A DNA stretch of 64,000 bases from an uncultured delta proteobacterium (GCA_963771175.1 CAVYSY010000038.1:192001-256000); one strand, 5' to 3'; numbered from the stretch's first letter, positions 42,660-53,186 are shown. A program made the numbers and translations. The notes: generated by a model from the letters alone, not told the origin.

Positions 42660-42898
42660 GCCAGGGTGCGCGGCCCCATGAAGTCCCTGCTCATTGGCGG
42701 ATCGACGGTCGTTCCGACCCTCCTCGCTGTGCTTCCTACTGTTCCGCTCGGGGCTGCGCGCTCCCTTGGTGGCACCTCCCATATCGGGAGAAAATTCCCC
42801 AAACGTTCCGGGGGCTTGAGACGCGTCTCCGGCCCGGCCGAAGGGAGAGGAGGGGTACGCACGGCGAGCGTCCCGGGACCGCGTTAAGAAGGTCTCCC

Positions 42899-44073
42899 GT
42901 GGCCGCCGACTCTCCCCTCCGCCTCCGCCTCCTCGAGTCCATCACCGACGTCCCCGCCTCGGCCTGGGACGCGCTCGCTGGACCCGAGGCCCCTCCCTTC
43001 ATCCGCCATGCGTGGCTCGCCGCCATGGAGGAGAGTGGCAGTGCCCGGCTGGAGACCGGCTGGGAGCCCCAGCACCTCACGCTCTGGCGTGGGAAGCAGC
43101 TCGTCGCCGCCTCGCCCGCCTATCGCAAGCACCACAGCATGGGCGAGTACATCTACGACTTCGCCTGGGCCAGCGCCGCCGAGCGGCTCGGCATCGAGTA
43201 CTACCCCAAGCTGGTCGTCGGCGCCCCGCTCTCCCCCGCCACCAGCCCGCGCTTCCTCATCGCCGCCGGGGAGGACGTCGCCCGCGCTCCGCAAGGCGCT
43301 GCTCCAGGCCGCCATCGAGAGCGCGCGCGAGGAGCGGTTGCTCCTCCGTCCACGTCCTCTACCCCCGCGAGGACGAGGCGGACCTGCTGGAGGAGGACGG
43401 GCTCGCGCGCCGCATCACCCTGCAGTTCCACTGGAAGAACCCGGGCTATCGCGGCTACGACGACTACCTGGCCCGCTTCGACTCCAAGCGCCGCTCGCAG
43501 ATCAAGCGCGAGCGCGCCGCCGCGGCCTCCCAGGGCATCGTCATCCGCACCGTGCGCGGCCAGGAGCTGGGCCCCGAGCACGCCCGGCGTGCCTACGGCT
43601 TCTACGAGGCCACCTGCGAGAGCCGGGGGCCCTGGGGTCAGGTGCAGCTCAACCGGGACTTCTTCGAGCGCGCCTTCCGCGCGTTGCCGGAGACGGTGGA
43701 GCTGGTCCAGGCCGAGCGCGGCGGCAAGGTCATCGCCGGGGCCTTCAACCTCGCCACCCCCAAGCGCCTCTACGGCCGCTACTGGGGCTGCTTCGAGGAG
43801 CACCCCTTCCTGCACTTCCACGTGTGCCTGTACCACTCGGTGGACGAGTGCATCCAGACCGGGCGCAAGGTGTTCGAGCCCGGCGCGGGCGGGGAGCACA
43901 AGATCGCCCGCGGCTTCGAGCCCACCGCCGTGCACAGCGCGCACCTGCTCTTCGACAGGACGCTCGACAAGGCCGTGCGTGACTTCCTCCGCCGCGAGCA
44001 CGCCCACCTGCGCCCCGCCATCGAGCAGGCCGAGCAGCTCGCCGGCCTCAAGCCCTGGCCCCTCCCGGAATAG
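42899..44073 (+). CDS. FemAB-like GNAT protein (DUF482-type), frameshift near 43280-43340
   Basis: PFIRHAWL.A.EESG, HSMGEYIYDFAWA, YYPKL, QFHWKN, YGRYWG, FEPGAGGEHK. Confidence 0.9.
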
Positions 44074-44087
44074 GGCCGCGCCACCGG

Positions 44088-44627
44088 TCAGTAGCGCACG
44101 TCCAGGCTCGGCAGCAGCAGGCGGGACTCGCCCTGGGCCCGCAGCGACTGCCCCAGGTCCAGGTGCACCACCGCGTGGCCACGCTTGGCGAGGTAGGCCA
44201 CCGGAGCCTCGAAGCGCAGCGGCGCCACCCGCGTGTCGAGGACCCCGCCGCCCGAGGCTCCCTCGTAGCCGCCGAAGTCGTCGAACTCCACCGCCACCTT
44301 CACCCGCTCCACCCCGTCCGGCACCACGAAGCGGCCGATGAGGTGCGCGTGCTCGGGATTGGTCAGCTCCAGCGCCTGACGCGTCTTGAGTCGGGTGGCC
44401 AGCGGCTGGCCGTCCACCGTGGTGACGGTGATGCGGCGCACCTGCACGAGCGCCGAGCCGTAGCCGGGATTGTTCACCCCCTTGAGGCGCAGCTCGAAGC
44501 GCTGGCCCTGGAGCTCCTCGGGGAAGTCCGGGCGGGGACCGGTGACCCCGCGCGTCTGGTCACTCTCACCGCAGCCCGCGAGACAGAGGACGACCGCGCC
44601 CAGCGCGGACAACATCAGCTTCTTCAT
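44088..44627 (-). CDS. Hypothetical lipoprotein
   Basis: MKKLMLSALGAVVLCLAG-C lipobox with AGGAG RBS. Confidence 0.7.
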   Translation of the reverse strand: MKKLMLSALGAVVLCLAGCGESDQTRGVTGPRPDFPEELQGQRFELRLKGVNNPGYGSALVQVRRITVTTVDGQPLATRLKTRQALELTNPEHAHLIGRFVVPDGVERVKVAVEFDDFGGYEGASGGGVLDTRVAPLRFEAPVAYLAKRGHAVVHLDLGQSLRAQGESRLLLPSLDVRY

Positions 44628-44664
44628 GGTGTGTTCTCCTGGAAGTCGAGTGGGGGAGCTGGCG

Positions 44665-45636
44665 CTACCGGCGGACGGGCTCCGTCGGGTCGATGGCGAT
44701 GCTGGCGGCGTGCGCCGGCGTGGCCCGGCCCGCGTCGAAGCCCTGGGGCAGCGGCTCGCGCGTGCCCGCCTCGTTGGTGCGCCGCAGCTCCGTGGCGAGT
44801 CGCTCGGTGCCCTCGTCCCCCGAGGTGCCCAGCGTCCGCAGGGCCTCGTCGAGCGCCCGGCTCCGCTTCGCCTCGGTCCCGAAGAGGCGCTCGTTGCACG
44901 AGGCCACCAGCGCCTCACGCGCGAGCTCGAAGCGCCAGGCCTCCGTCTCGTTCCGGGCCTCGCCATTGCGGTCCAGGCCGGGGCTGGCCCACAGCAGGCC
45001 GAGCGCGTGCTCCAGCGACTCCACCTGAGCCACGCCCAGGTCGATGCGCCCCGGCGCGAGGCACTGCTGGAGTGCCCCCTCGTGCACCTTGAAGAAGCCC
45101 GCGTTGCGCGAGGCCGGGGCCAGGGCGTTCCCCGTATCCGTGCACAGGGGATCATGCTGCGGACAGGTCATGTCGCAGTCCACATAGGGCTCGCAGCAGG
45201 AGACGCGCGCGGCGCACTGCGTCTCGCCCAGGTCCCACCCCACCCGGAGCGCGCTGTCGAAGTGCCCGTCCACCTTGCCGTCCGAGGCCGCCAGCGCCTG
45301 ACAGGCATCGAGGGACGCCAGCTTCACCTCGAAGGAGCTCTCCTTCTCCTGGCCCACCCCGACCGCCAGCGGCGTCTGGAACGGGAAGCGGAAGCCGTAG
45401 GGCTCCAGCAGCGCGTCCTCCACCACGTTGGCCACCGACTCGCCCGTCGGGTGGACATTCTTCAGCGTGTAGTGGAAGCGCAGCGTGGCCGGGAACTTCG
45501 TCACCCGGGGGGCCTCGGCCGTCGGCTTCTCGCCCTGGACCCGGATGCGCTTTTCACAGGTGAACTCATGGGCACTCGCCGCCCCCGCCCCTCCCAGCAC
45601 CGCGGCCATGGCCATGGCCTTCCATCCCCTCTGCAT
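44665..45636 (-). CDS. Secreted Cys-containing hypothetical protein
   Basis: Signal peptide ending ASA-H; codon bias; 38 nt from downstream lipoprotein gene. Confidence 0.65.
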   Translation of the reverse strand: MQRGWKAMAMAAVLGGAGAASAHEFTCEKRIRVQGEKPTAEAPRVTKFPATLRFHYTLKNVHPTGESVANVVEDALLEPYGFRFPFQTPLAVGVGQEKESSFEVKLASLDACQALAASDGKVDGHFDSALRVGWDLGETQCAARVSCCEPYVDCDMTCPQHDPLCTDTGNALAPASRNAGFFKVHEGALQQCLAPGRIDLGVAQVESLEHALGLLWASPGLDRNGEARNETEAWRFELAREALVASCNERLFGTEAKRSRALDEALRTLGTSGDEGTERLATELRRTNEAGTREPLPQGFDAGRATPAHAASIAIDPTEPVRR

Positions 45637-45903
45637 AGCGTTCCCCCGTGTGTGGACCCGAGCGCCCTGGCGGCTCGTGCCCCCGTTCCCCTTCACGACC
45701 CATACCGGGCGCGCCAACCACCCACTTCGTCCACCGGAAGGCGCCTCGTGGGTACAGCGTGCGACAGGGATGCTCGCCCGCCTGCCCTGGAGGAGGGAAC
45801 GGCGCCTCCCACGGTGGGAAAGCGGTTACCCACCCTGGAACCGGACACACCCCTGTGAATGGAAAGTGAATTGGGAGGAAACAACCCGTAGAGTCTGACC
45901 GCT

Positions 45904-46593
45904 ATGAAAGCGCCTGAGACAGAAGCGGACTTCCTGCAGTGGTACGAGGACTGCTGGGCGGATCGGGACGAGGTCGAGTACCCCAAGCTCTTTGGAGCCA
46001 TCAGCGAGGAGGTCTACACGCTGGACCAGAGTGGAGCTCTGGAGGCCTGGTTGGAGAGTGACCTGGCCGAGGTCAAGGAGTTGGATCCCAACTGGGGGGG
46101 GATGGGGGTGCGCGTGGCGCCCCCGAGCCCGGACTACCCCTACTGGACATACGTGACGAGTGGCCTGTCCAACCCCTTCACGGTGGCCCCGGGTCAGGAG
46201 ATTGAAGCGGGCCGGCCGAGCGGCATCGGCTACGAGATGGTCATCCACACGACCGAGGAGGCGAAGTGGCCGGTGCTCCGGCTGCTGGACATGATGGCCT
46301 ACAACCTCGTGTGCATGCGGGCCTTCGCGGTGGGACACCGCTACCCGGTGGAGGGCACGCTGGACGGCAGCCCCGAGACGAAGCTCAACGGCTTCGTCTT
46401 CGTGACGGACCCCTCGCGCCCCTCCCACTTCGAGCTGGAGTCGGGGAAGGTGCAGCTCCTGACGCTGGTGGGCGTGACGAAGAACGAGATGGCCTTCTCT
46501 CGTTCCAACGGCATGGACCGGCTGATGGCGAAGCTGGTGGCCGCGGGCACCGGCTTCATCACGAATACCCAGCGCGAGCAGGTCCCGCTGTAG
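45904..46593 (+). CDS. Suppressor-of-fused (SUFU)-like domain protein
   Basis: WTYVTSGLS, SGIGYEM, GHR.P, F.L.SGKVQLL.LVGVT.NE. Confidence 0.85.
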   Translation: MKAPETEADFLQWYEDCWADRDEVEYPKLFGAISEEVYTLDQSGALEAWLESDLAEVKELDPNWGGMGVRVAPPSPDYPYWTYVTSGLSNPFTVAPGQEIEAGRPSGIGYEMVIHTTEEAKWPVLRLLDMMAYNLVCMRAFAVGHRYPVEGTLDGSPETKLNGFVFVTDPSRPSHFELESGKVQLLTLVGVTKNEMAFSRSNGMDRLMAKLVAAGTGFITNTQREQVPL

Positions 46594-46621
46594 CCGTCCT
46601 CCATCCCTTCGTGACGCCAGC

Positions 46622-46648
46622 CCCCTCTCCCGACACCTGGGAGAGGGG
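46622..46648. terminator. Hairpin (terminator or REP-like) after the SUFU gene
   Basis: cccctctccc-gacacct-gggagagggg. Confidence 0.45.
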
Positions 46649-46709
46649 CAAAACTCACGGGGTTGGCACCGGCCATGTCAGAGCCGGGTGTTAGAGACGT
46701 CACTGCACC

Positions 46710-46823
46710 ATGACCTCCAACACCCAGACCCTGCAGAGCACCTGGGCGGCCCTGAAGCTGTTGGGCTGCACCCTGGTGGGTTCGGTGGTGGGAGCACTGC
46801 TCATCACCACCCTCACCTCGTGA
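46710..46823 (+). CDS. Putative 37-aa single-helix membrane microprotein
   Basis: MTSNTQTLQSTWAALKLLGCTLVGSVVGALLITTLTS; almost all codons end in G/C; fills an intergenic gap. Confidence 0.45.
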   Translation: MTSNTQTLQSTWAALKLLGCTLVGSVVGALLITTLTS

Positions 46824-46836
46824 GACGGCTCGCCGC

Positions 46837-47763
46837 TCAGCCCATGCGGCCGTAGACGGCGCCGCTCACGTCCACACCCACACCCCACTCGCGGCCGGCG
46901 ATGTCCACCTGAGGACCGATCGGCAGCGAGTGGTTCGACCACGTCCGGCCGCCGTCCTCGCTCTGATGCAGGGCGAGGTCGGCGCTCCTGGTCGGGTCCG
47001 CGCTACGGGTCAGCAGGCGCAGCACGCCCTCGGCGGAGACGAGGCGCAGCGGCTCGCGGCCATTGGGCAGCGGCTCCAACCAGCGCACCTCGGAGCCCTG
47101 GAGCTCGCCCACCCGGGCCTGGCCCTCCACCACGGCGGCCACGAAGGCCCCGTCCACGTCCACCACGCGGCTCGCGCCCACCACGTCCTGCTGGCGCCAC
47201 GAGGCACCGCCGTCCGTGGTGAGGGAGATGCCCTTGCCCAGCAGGGCCACGCCCCCCTCGATGCGCCGCAGACGCTCGGTGTGCGGGTTGCGCTCGCCCG
47301 CCAGCTCCACCTCGGTCCACGAGGCGCCACCCTCCGTGGTGCGCCCGAGGAACCAGGCGCCCAGCACCCAGACTTCGTTGGCACTGAGGGCCAGCACCTG
47401 GGCGAGGCTCGGCGCGCCCACCGGCCCGCGCGTCTGCCACTCGAGGCCACCGTCCGTGGACACCAGCAGGTGGTAGTCCGAGCCCGAGCCCGAGGGCTTC
47501 AGCGTGGCACCGACGGCCACGCCCAGCGACCCGTTGCAGTCCAGGGCCTGAATCCAGCCCGGACCCTCCCAGGTCCTCGTCACGGACCCGGCGGACACCC
47601 GGTGGAGCTGGGCGCGACGGCCCCGCATGCGCTCCAGGAGGGCGCCCGCGGACGGCTCCGCCACGGCCCCGACGAGGCCGAAGCCCTCACGGCTCGCGGC
47701 GACCACTCCCACCTTCAAGCCCTCGGACAGCGCTCCCAGCCTCTCCCAGTCTTTCTCCGGCAC
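46837..47763 (-). CDS. BNR/Asp-box repeat beta-propeller protein
   Basis: STDGGLEW, TTEGGASW, TTDGGASW, SEDGGRTW. Confidence 0.8.
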   Translation of the reverse strand: MPEKDWERLGALSEGLKVGVVAASREGFGLVGAVAEPSAGALLERMRGRRAQLHRVSAGSVTRTWEGPGWIQALDCNGSLGVAVGATLKPSGSGSDYHLLVSTDGGLEWQTRGPVGAPSLAQVLALSANEVWVLGAWFLGRTTEGGASWTEVELAGERNPHTERLRRIEGGVALLGKGISLTTDGGASWRQQDVVGASRVVDVDGAFVAAVVEGQARVGELQGSEVRWLEPLPNGREPLRLVSAEGVLRLLTRSADPTRSADLALHQSEDGGRTWSNHSLPIGPQVDIAGREWGVGVDVSGAVYGRMG

Positions 47764-47929
47764 GCGTCAACCTCGGCGAATCAGGAATGCGGGCGTGGAA
47801 GATGCCAGCCCGCCCGCAACCAGGGAAGGGATAGGTGGGGCACGAGTGTGGACCCCCCGATATGGCCCACGGGCCGCGACGTTCCCCAGGGGGGAATGCA
47901 CCCGGACTTCCCTCGCCGAGAACGCGGGC

Positions 47930-48497
47930 GCCACCTTCCACCACCTCGGGCAGGACCTGGCGCTGAGCTCGCCGTACTCGACCTGCCCTTCCTCTTCTGG
48001 GTCTCCTCCGACGCGTCCCAGTGCCCTTTCATCCCCGGCCCCCAGGCTCCGGCCTCCGAGCTGCTCGGCTTCCTCGATGGCCTACACACTGTGACCAGGC
48101 GCTCGCGGGCTCTCAAGGCTTCTACTACCAGGCGGCCACCGAGCTGGGCTGGCCCCACCTCCCCGAGGAGCACCTGAAGGACCTGCTGCGCTACCCGCGC
48201 AAGAACAACCCCCTCACGAACCTGCTGGTCCCCATGGAGCCGCGCAACGACCCCTCGCTCCTGCTTCAGGTGGAGCAGTGGAGCCGCACCGAGGCCGAGC
48301 GCCTGCTGCTCGTCTACGGTGAGAACGACCCCTGGACCACCGGCGGCTTCTCGGTCCATGCGCCCAACGACTCCTTCCGCTTCACCGTCCCCGGAGGCAA
48401 TCACCTCGCCCGGCTGGGCCAGCTCCCCGAGCCCGAGCGCATGCGGGCCCTGGAGCGACTCTCCGCGTGGACGGGCGTCGCCGTGACGCCGCCATAG
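47930..48497 (+). pseudogene. C-terminal remnant of an S28/S37-type (tripeptidyl amino)peptidase
   Basis: FYYQAATELGWP, LLLVYGENDPW, VPGGNH; upstream part frameshifted and N-terminal half absent. Confidence 0.65.
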
Positions 48498-48669
48498 CCC
48501 TCCGAGGAGGAACACCGTCCACCCGGTGTCAGGTGTGCTCCCCCGCTCGCCATGCGGCCAATCTTCCGGGACGTGGAGAAGTGTCGGCTCACGCCCCTTG
48601 AGGCCCCTCACCCTCCGCCCCAGCTTTCGGCGGCGCGGCATCTTCCGCGCGCTTCAGGAGGTAGACGGC

Positions 48670-49137
48670 ATGGCGGCGATGGACCTGAACAAGATGCTCG
48701 AGCGGCTCAATGACCTCATCGCGCTCGACTACGACGCGGTGGGGGCCTACGAGGCGGCGATCAACCGCATCGACGCGGAGTCCCTGCGCATGAGCCTGCG
48801 GACGTTCCAGCAGGACCATGAGCGCCACATCCGGGACCTGTCCCAGGTGGTGACGATGCTGGGCGGCACGCCGAGGCAGAAGCCGGACACGAAGGGCTTC
48901 ATCCTCAAGGGCTTCACCGCGGTCACCTCGATGATGGGCAACGAGGCCGCGCTCCAGGCGATGCGGGGCAACGAGATGCTCACCAACCGCACCTACCAGA
49001 ACGCCCTGAAGGAGGACTGGAGCGACGAGGCCCGCCGCGTCATCGAGCGCAACTTCTCGGACGAGCAGCGGCACCTGAAGTTCATCGAGAACGCGCTGCG
49101 CGACCGCAGCTGGGAGCAGGCGCCGGTGCAGCCGTAG
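48670..49137 (+). CDS. Ferritin-like domain protein (DUF2383-like)
   Basis: LNDLIALDYDA..AY, DHERH, E...NRTY, DEQRH; AGGAGG RBS. Confidence 0.85.
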   Translation: MAAMDLNKMLERLNDLIALDYDAVGAYEAAINRIDAESLRMSLRTFQQDHERHIRDLSQVVTMLGGTPRQKPDTKGFILKGFTAVTSMMGNEAALQAMRGNEMLTNRTYQNALKEDWSDEARRVIERNFSDEQRHLKFIENALRDRSWEQAPVQP

Positions 49138-49307
49138 GCCCCGCGAGGGTGTCCGGTCGGGTCCGGAGCGGCCAGCGTGAATGAGCCTGGCCGCCCGGCG
49201 ACCCGGCCGAGGGGGAATGGGTGCGAGTGGGACGGCTGCCCGCTCCCCCACGTGTTTCCTCCCCATTGAGCGGCGGAAGGAACATCCCCGCCCCTCGGGA
49301 GGAGGAC

Positions 49308-50381
49308 ATGCGAGAGAACGAGTACCCCGCGCGCTGGTGGCATGCGCTGGAGGACGGGCGCATCCAGTGCGACCTGTGTCCGCGCGACTGCAAGCTGCAC
49401 GAGGGGCAGCGGGGCATGTGTTTCGTGCGGGAGCGGACGGGCGACCAGATGGTGCTGAGCACGTATGGGCGCTCGTCGGGGTTCTGCGTGGACCCCATCG
49501 AGAAGAAGCCCCTGGTGCACTTCCATCCGGGCAGCAGCGTGCTGTCCTTCGGGACGGCCGGGTGCAACCTGGCGTGCCGCTTCTGCCAGAACTGGGACAT
49601 CTCGAAGTCGCGCGAGATGGACAGGCTCACCGACGAGGCGACCCCCGAGGCCATCGCCCGCGCCGCCGAGGCGCGCGGCTGCCGGAGCGTGGCCTTCACC
49701 TACAACGACCCGGTCATCTTCGCCGAGTACGCCATGGACGTGGCGGACGCGTGCCATGCGCGCGGCATCCAGACGGTGGCGGTGACCGCGGGCTACATGC
49801 GCGCCGAGCCACGCCGTGAGTTCTACGCGAAGATGGACGCGGCGAACGTGGACCTGAAGGCCTTCACCGAGGACTTCTACTTCCAGCTCACCGCCGCGCA
49901 CTTGAAGCCGGTGCTGGAGACGCTCGAGTACCTCCGCCACGAGACGAAGACGTGGCTGGAGATCACCACGCTGCTGATTCCGGGGAAGAACGACTCGGAC
50001 GCGGAGGTGGGGGCGATGAGCGAGTGGCTGATGGAGCACCTGGGCCCGGACGTGCCGCTGCACTTCACGGCGTTCCACCCGGACTACAAGCTGCGAGACC
50101 TCCCACCCACCCCGCCGGCCACGCTGCGCCGGGCGAGGGACATCGCTCGCAAGGCGGGGCTGCGGTACGTGTACACGGGCAACACGCACGACCCCGCGGG
50201 CGAGACGACGCTGTGCCCGGACTGCGGCAAGGCGCTCATCGTGCGCGACTGGTTCCAGCTCCTGACGTACCGGCTCACGGCGGAGGGCAAGTGCCCGGAT
50301 TGCGGAGCGCAGGTGCCGGGGCACTTCGACACGGAGCCGGGAGACTTCGGCCGCCGCCGGCTGCCCGTGGCCGTGATGTGA
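49308..50381 (+). CDS. amrS: AmmeMemoRadiSam system radical SAM enzyme
   Basis: CDLCPR.C, DPIEKKPL.HF.PG, GCNLACRFCQNW.IS, YVYTGN..CP.CG; GGAGG RBS. Confidence 0.92.
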   Translation: MRENEYPARWWHALEDGRIQCDLCPRDCKLHEGQRGMCFVRERTGDQMVLSTYGRSSGFCVDPIEKKPLVHFHPGSSVLSFGTAGCNLACRFCQNWDISKSREMDRLTDEATPEAIARAAEARGCRSVAFTYNDPVIFAEYAMDVADACHARGIQTVAVTAGYMRAEPRREFYAKMDAANVDLKAFTEDFYFQLTAAHLKPVLETLEYLRHETKTWLEITTLLIPGKNDSDAEVGAMSEWLMEHLGPDVPLHFTAFHPDYKLRDLPPTPPATLRRARDIARKAGLRYVYTGNTHDPAGETTLCPDCGKALIVRDWFQLLTYRLTAEGKCPDCGAQVPGHFDTEPGDFGRRRLPVAVM

Positions 50382-50493
50382 CCTACCTCCCCGCCGGAGG
50401 AGGGCTGGGGTGAGGGTCATCCTGTGGATTCAGCGAAGCCGCCCTGCCACCATTCGTGTAGTAGAACGCGCCAACGCCTCCTTTTCCGAGCCC

Positions 50494-51665
50494 ATGATCC
50501 ACAAGCTGACCCTGCAGAACTTCAAAGGCATCGAGTCGGCTGAACTCGCCTTCGACCGATTCACGGTGCTCGTTGGACCGAATGCTTCAGGGAAAACGAG
50601 CGTGCTGCAGGCACTGGACCTGCTTTCGGCTTTTGCCGACCCGATCCATCCATCGCAGCAACGTCATCCAGCAGTACGGTGGTCTTCCGCCATCAGGCGG
50701 AGCAGCGAGTCCCTGGTTCTCATTCAGGCAGAAGGAGAATGGGAGCCAGAAGCCGGGCGTCCTTCGTATGGAGCTGAAGGCCACGAAACAGCAGTCGGCC
50801 GACAATCTGCGCCCTCTATTGGAAGTGAATGGCCGATGGGGAGAACTGGACTTCGTAGTACCAGAGGTTCCACGCACGGCAATGGACATCTCCACACGCA
50901 GAAGCCAGCCGCAAGCCTCCTCGCCTTCCTGAAGGACTGGACCGCCAGCGTCCTCCTGCGTCTGGAAGTCGCGCCGCCTCGCTGAGCCGTCCTATGCGGA
51001 ATCAGTCCAGCCCAGGATCGACACAGACGGGGCGGGCCTCGCCACCACGCTGGCTCAGATGGCCCTGAATCGGCCAGAAGACTTCGCGGAACTCCTTGGT
51101 GCACTTCGTGCCGTGATTCCCCAGGTCGTTCGGGTTCGACTCTCCCTGGCGGAGGTCACACGTCAGGAGGCGGAAACACTCCGCATCAACGATGAGCCCA
51201 TCACCCGACATGTGACACGGACCTACTCCGGTCACCGAATCCTCTTCGATACGAAGTCAGGCACGGGAATCCCGAGCGAGGCCGCGAGCGAAGGCACCCT
51301 CCTCGTCCTCGGCCTGCTCACCGTCCTGATGAGCGAACCCAGGCCCAAGCTGGTCCTGCTCGATGATCTCGGACCGTGGCCTGCATCCCAAGGCCCAGCG
51401 AGATTTGGTAGTCCAGCTCCGCAAGCTGCTGGAGCGCGACCCGGAGCTGCAGATCATCGCTACCAGCCACTCCCCCTACCTCGTGGACCACCTCGAGCCG
51501 CAGGAGGTCCGGCTGTCCACCGTACTCCCCGACGGCACCATCCGCTTCGCCGCCCTCACGGACCATCCGGATTTCGAGCGCTGGAAGGAAGCAATGCGGC
51601 CCGGTGAGTTCTGGAGCACAGTGGGCGAGCAGTGGGTGGGTGAGCGAGGAGCGGAGCAGCCCTGA
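50494..51665 (+). CDS. ABC/AAA-family ATPase (AAA_21/AAA_15-like), multiple frameshifts
   Basis: LQNFKGI, VGPNASGKT, ASEGTL, LVLLDD..RGLHP, QIIATSHSP. Confidence 0.85.
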
Positions 51666-51671
51666 TGGCGG

Positions 51672-52427
51672 ATGCGAGCTCGTTCCATCGTCGTCATCTG
51701 CGAGGCCGCCGCCGATCAGCGGACAACCTGTGGCATCGTGGATCGCATCCTGAGCCAGAGCGCGGACTGGATACAGCCCGAGTTGCTCGATGCCCTGCGG
51801 CAATGGCGTGGGCTGACAAAGAGCGAGCCCTTCCTCGCATGGAAGAACCTTCACGCTCGCGCCGATGCGGCCAACATCCGCATCAACGGCCTTTTCGGAG
51901 GTGAGCCGGGAGCTCCGGATGCCTTCATCGCTCGCCGTGCTCTGGCACTCCTGACGACCCAGGGAGAGCACGACATTGATGCCGTGCTACTGATCCGGGA
52001 CAGCGACATGGACCCCCGCCGGCACAAGGGACTCGAACAGGCCCGCGCACAGACCAGCGGCCTGGGTCCCATCATCATTGCCGTTGCCCATCCCAAGCGC
52101 GAGGCCTGGGTCCTGGCTGGATTCGATGCGGCCAGTGATGACGAGCGCTCGAGGCTCGAAGAACTTCGCCGAGAGCTCGGCTTCGATCCGTGCCGCCACG
52201 CGGAGGAACTGACCGCCACCAAGCACGGGGCAAAGCGGGATGCCAAGCGAGTCCTGAGCGAGCTCACCCAGGATGACTATCAGCGGGAAGTCGTGTGCTG
52301 GACGGAAGCCCCGCTGGAGCAACTCGAAGCCCGGGGAGAGGCAACGGGCCTCGCGGACTTCATCCAGGAAGTGCGTGACCGGCTCGTGCCGCTCTGGACC
52401 GGACGTCCTACGACTCAGCAGAATTGA
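51672..52427 (+). CDS. TOPRIM-like (RloB/DUF4276-type) putative nuclease
   Basis: IVVICEAAAD, VLLIRDSD, P.REAW.L; starts 6 nt after the ATPase stop. Confidence 0.6.
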   Translation: MRARSIVVICEAAADQRTTCGIVDRILSQSADWIQPELLDALRQWRGLTKSEPFLAWKNLHARADAANIRINGLFGGEPGAPDAFIARRALALLTTQGEHDIDAVLLIRDSDMDPRRHKGLEQARAQTSGLGPIIIAVAHPKREAWVLAGFDAASDDERSRLEELRRELGFDPCRHAEELTATKHGAKRDAKRVLSELTQDDYQREVVCWTEAPLEQLEARGEATGLADFIQEVRDRLVPLWTGRPTTQQN

Positions 52428-52531
52428 ACTCGTGGAGGATGTGAACTGTCCGACGCCTGATGCGGCGCGGCGAACCCGGACCCTGAGCACGGCCGAGCGC
52501 GGCGCAGGCATGCCCGTTAGGCATAGGCGCT

Positions 52532-53170
52532 GTGCTGGACTCCGACGCCTCCCCCGTCCGTCTCACCCTGGTCGCCGAGGACCCACTCGCCCGAGGAGCG
52601 CTCTCCCGCGCCCTCGCGGAGCAGGGCGACGACATCGCCGTCATCGCCTCCGGCACCCTGGCGGAGGTGGAGTCCTCGCGCCCGGAGCTCGCTCCCGATG
52701 TCGTGCTGTGGGACGTGGGCCTGCACCCAGCCGAGCCCGGTGGACGGCTCGATGCTCCCGAACTCGGCGCCCCCGTGCTCGCGCTCGTTCCCGATGAGCC
52801 CGCCGGAGAGGCAGCACTCTCCACGGGGGCCCGGGGGTTGCTCTTCCGGGACGTGGCCCCCGCTCCGCTGCTCGCCGCGCTCCGCGCCGTGGCCCGAGGC
52901 CTCACCGTGTTCGACCCGGCCCTCGCCCCTCTGCGAGCCACCCCGCGCGCCTCGAATCCCACCGTGGGGCCGGAGACGCTGACGCCTCGGGAGCGAGAGG
53001 TGCTCGCACTGCTCGCCGAGGGCCTGTCCAACAAGGCCATCGCCGATCGGCTCGACATCAGCGAGCACACCGCGAAGTTCCATGTGAACGCGGTGCTGGC
53101 CAAGCTCGGCGTACAGCGGCGCACCGAAGCCGTCGTCCGGGCCGCGCGCATGGGACTCGTAACGCTATAG
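52532..53170 (+). CDS. NarL/LuxR-family response regulator
   Basis: REC (AED, PDVVLWD) plus LTPREREVL.L.AEGLSNKAIA.RL.ISEHT.KFH. Confidence 0.92.
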   Translation: MLDSDASPVRLTLVAEDPLARGALSRALAEQGDDIAVIASGTLAEVESSRPELAPDVVLWDVGLHPAEPGGRLDAPELGAPVLALVPDEPAGEAALSTGARGLLFRDVAPAPLLAALRAVARGLTVFDPALAPLRATPRASNPTVGPETLTPREREVLALLAEGLSNKAIADRLDISEHTAKFHVNAVLAKLGVQRRTEAVVRAARMGLVTL

Positions 53171-53186
53171 CCCGATGGGAGAGGGC

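Noticed and set aside
42660..42898. Small minus-strand ORF starting at 42782 (MGGATKGARSPERN...)
   Set aside because: Runs antisense into the lipoprotein gene, no recognisable motif, insufficient support
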